From: a virus
Taxonomy: Duplodnaviria > Heunggongvirae > Uroviricota > Caudoviricetes
Direction: 5' to 3' (one strand)
Virus record (IMG/VR): IMGVR_UViG_2534682255_000020
Length of the DNA stretch: 4,917 nt
In this document: positions 4,405-4,917 of the stretch, in pieces
Numbering within the stretch: position 1 is the stretch's first letter
Layout: each line of letters begins with the position of its first letter
Translations under genes and position numbers: made by a program
The notes under the pieces: model-generated
The model's database searches: none
Seen by the model: only the letters and a program-made list of their open reading frames with translations
What the model was told of the DNA's origin: nothing

Positions 4405-4605
4405 TTACTTCAGAAAGTCTCTGGTGAGTGCACCGAAGATATTGTCAACGATTTCGTCATCGAACTGCGAGGACTCATCTTCAGTTACAAGGTGACCACA
4501 ATTTTTGCAGATGGCTCCCGCGAAACTGTCAGAGCCCTGCGGCTTAAAGGATGTGTCAAAGACTTCGCCACCACATTCTGGGCAAGAAAACTTGATTGTA
4601 TTCAT
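4405..4605 (-). CDS. Small zinc-ribbon protein (66 aa; CPECGG ... CKNCGH), function unknown
   Basis: ORF 4405-4611 in the track (TTG start); I prefer ATG 4605-4603 (MNTIKFSCPECGGEVFDTSFKPQGSDSFAGAICKNCGHLVTEDESSQFDDEIVDNIFGALTRDFLK), preceded by a strong GAGAGGAA SD with a 7-nt spacer. Two CxxCG knuckles about 20 residues apart and an acidic C-terminal tail. First-position G is about 36% of codons. Confidence 0.6.
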   Translation of the reverse strand: MNTIKFSCPECGGEVFDTSFKPQGSDSFAGAICKNCGHLVTEDESSQFDDEIVDNIFGALTRDFLK

Positions 4606-4697
4606 AACCAATTTCCTCTCGAGTAACAGACCCCTCAGAGGATACCACCTCGCCTGACGTGGTTAAAAGCAGGCAACGCTAACCACAAGGAGCCGAC

Positions 4698-4916
4698 ATG
4701 CAGAAACGAGACCCCGTCATCATCGCGCCAGACTATACCGATGATGAACTTTATGAGTGGATGCACCAGAAAATTAATGCAGCGCAGGATCTGAAATGGG
4801 CCAATGAAGCCAGGGCTAAGCAGGCTGAAAATCTGTCCGCTCTGGAGCAGGATATCACCAATCTGGAAAAAGCAGCGGCATTAAGCATTGCCAGAATGAT
4901 TACATACCCGCGTTAA
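4698..4916 (+). CDS. Hypothetical protein (72 aa), likely first gene of the early-left-type operon
   Basis: ATG 4698 preceded by AAGGAG SD with a 5-nt spacer; MQKRDPVIIAPDYTDDELYEWMHQKINAAQDLKWANEARAKQAENLSALEQDITNLEKAAALSIARMITYPR; stop TAA 4914-4916. No family recognised. Confidence 0.5.
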   Translation: MQKRDPVIIAPDYTDDELYEWMHQKINAAQDLKWANEARAKQAENLSALEQDITNLEKAAALSIARMITYPR

Positions 4917-4917
4917 T

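Noticed and set aside
4270-4626. Plus-strand 118-aa ORF overlapping the zinc-ribbon gene
   Set aside because: It has a GTG start without a clear SD and no recognisable motifs. The opposite strand carries a strong SD, two CxxCG zinc knuckles and coding-like periodicity, and the perfect palindrome at 4324-4358 falls inside this ORF. Judged a shadow frame.
1-4917. Search for tRNA, rRNA, CRISPR repeats, integrase or transposase, and att-like sites
   Set aside because: No cloverleaf-compatible segments, no regularly spaced 25-40-bp repeats with unique spacers, and no recombinase-like ORFs seen. The only repeats are the iterons, the EQ trinucleotide tract and the operator/promoter modules described above.

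Overview
The window reads as the immunity and early-replication region of a lambdoid (Rac / CP-933-type) enterobacterial prophage. On the minus strand, right to left: a Cro-like YdaS-family HTH gene (2712-3014), a CII-like YdaT-family gene (2290-2715), a 169-aa hypothetical gene (1767-2276), a replication initiator (458-1549) with a YdaU/DUF1376-like N-domain, an EQ-repeat linker and a DnaT-like C-terminus, then the 5' part of a DnaC-like helicase loader (1-451, running off the window). Divergent on the plus strand is a three-gene toxin-antitoxin operon that I recognise from memory as the paaR2-paaA2-parE2 type (regulator 3112-3483, 63-aa antitoxin 3504-3695, 92-aa ParE toxin 3697-3975). It sits where lambda carries cI-rexAB, and is bracketed by two near-identical inverted sequence modules (about 3043-3075 and 4046-4090) that each hold an outward-facing promoter-like element and GTTTAGT(G) operator-like repeats. 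To the right are a strong hairpin, a convergent small CxxC...CxxC zinc-ribbon gene (4405-4605, minus) and a 72-aa hypothetical gene (4698-4916, plus). Two clusters of 11-bp AAGCCCCTT iterons inside the replication gene are a candidate origin. I see no tRNA, rRNA, CRISPR array or transposase. All homology statements are from recollection and motif reading, not from a database search. The TA system itself is a known family, so the leads worth testing are its apparent integration into the lysogeny switch, the unassigned small genes and the candidate origin.
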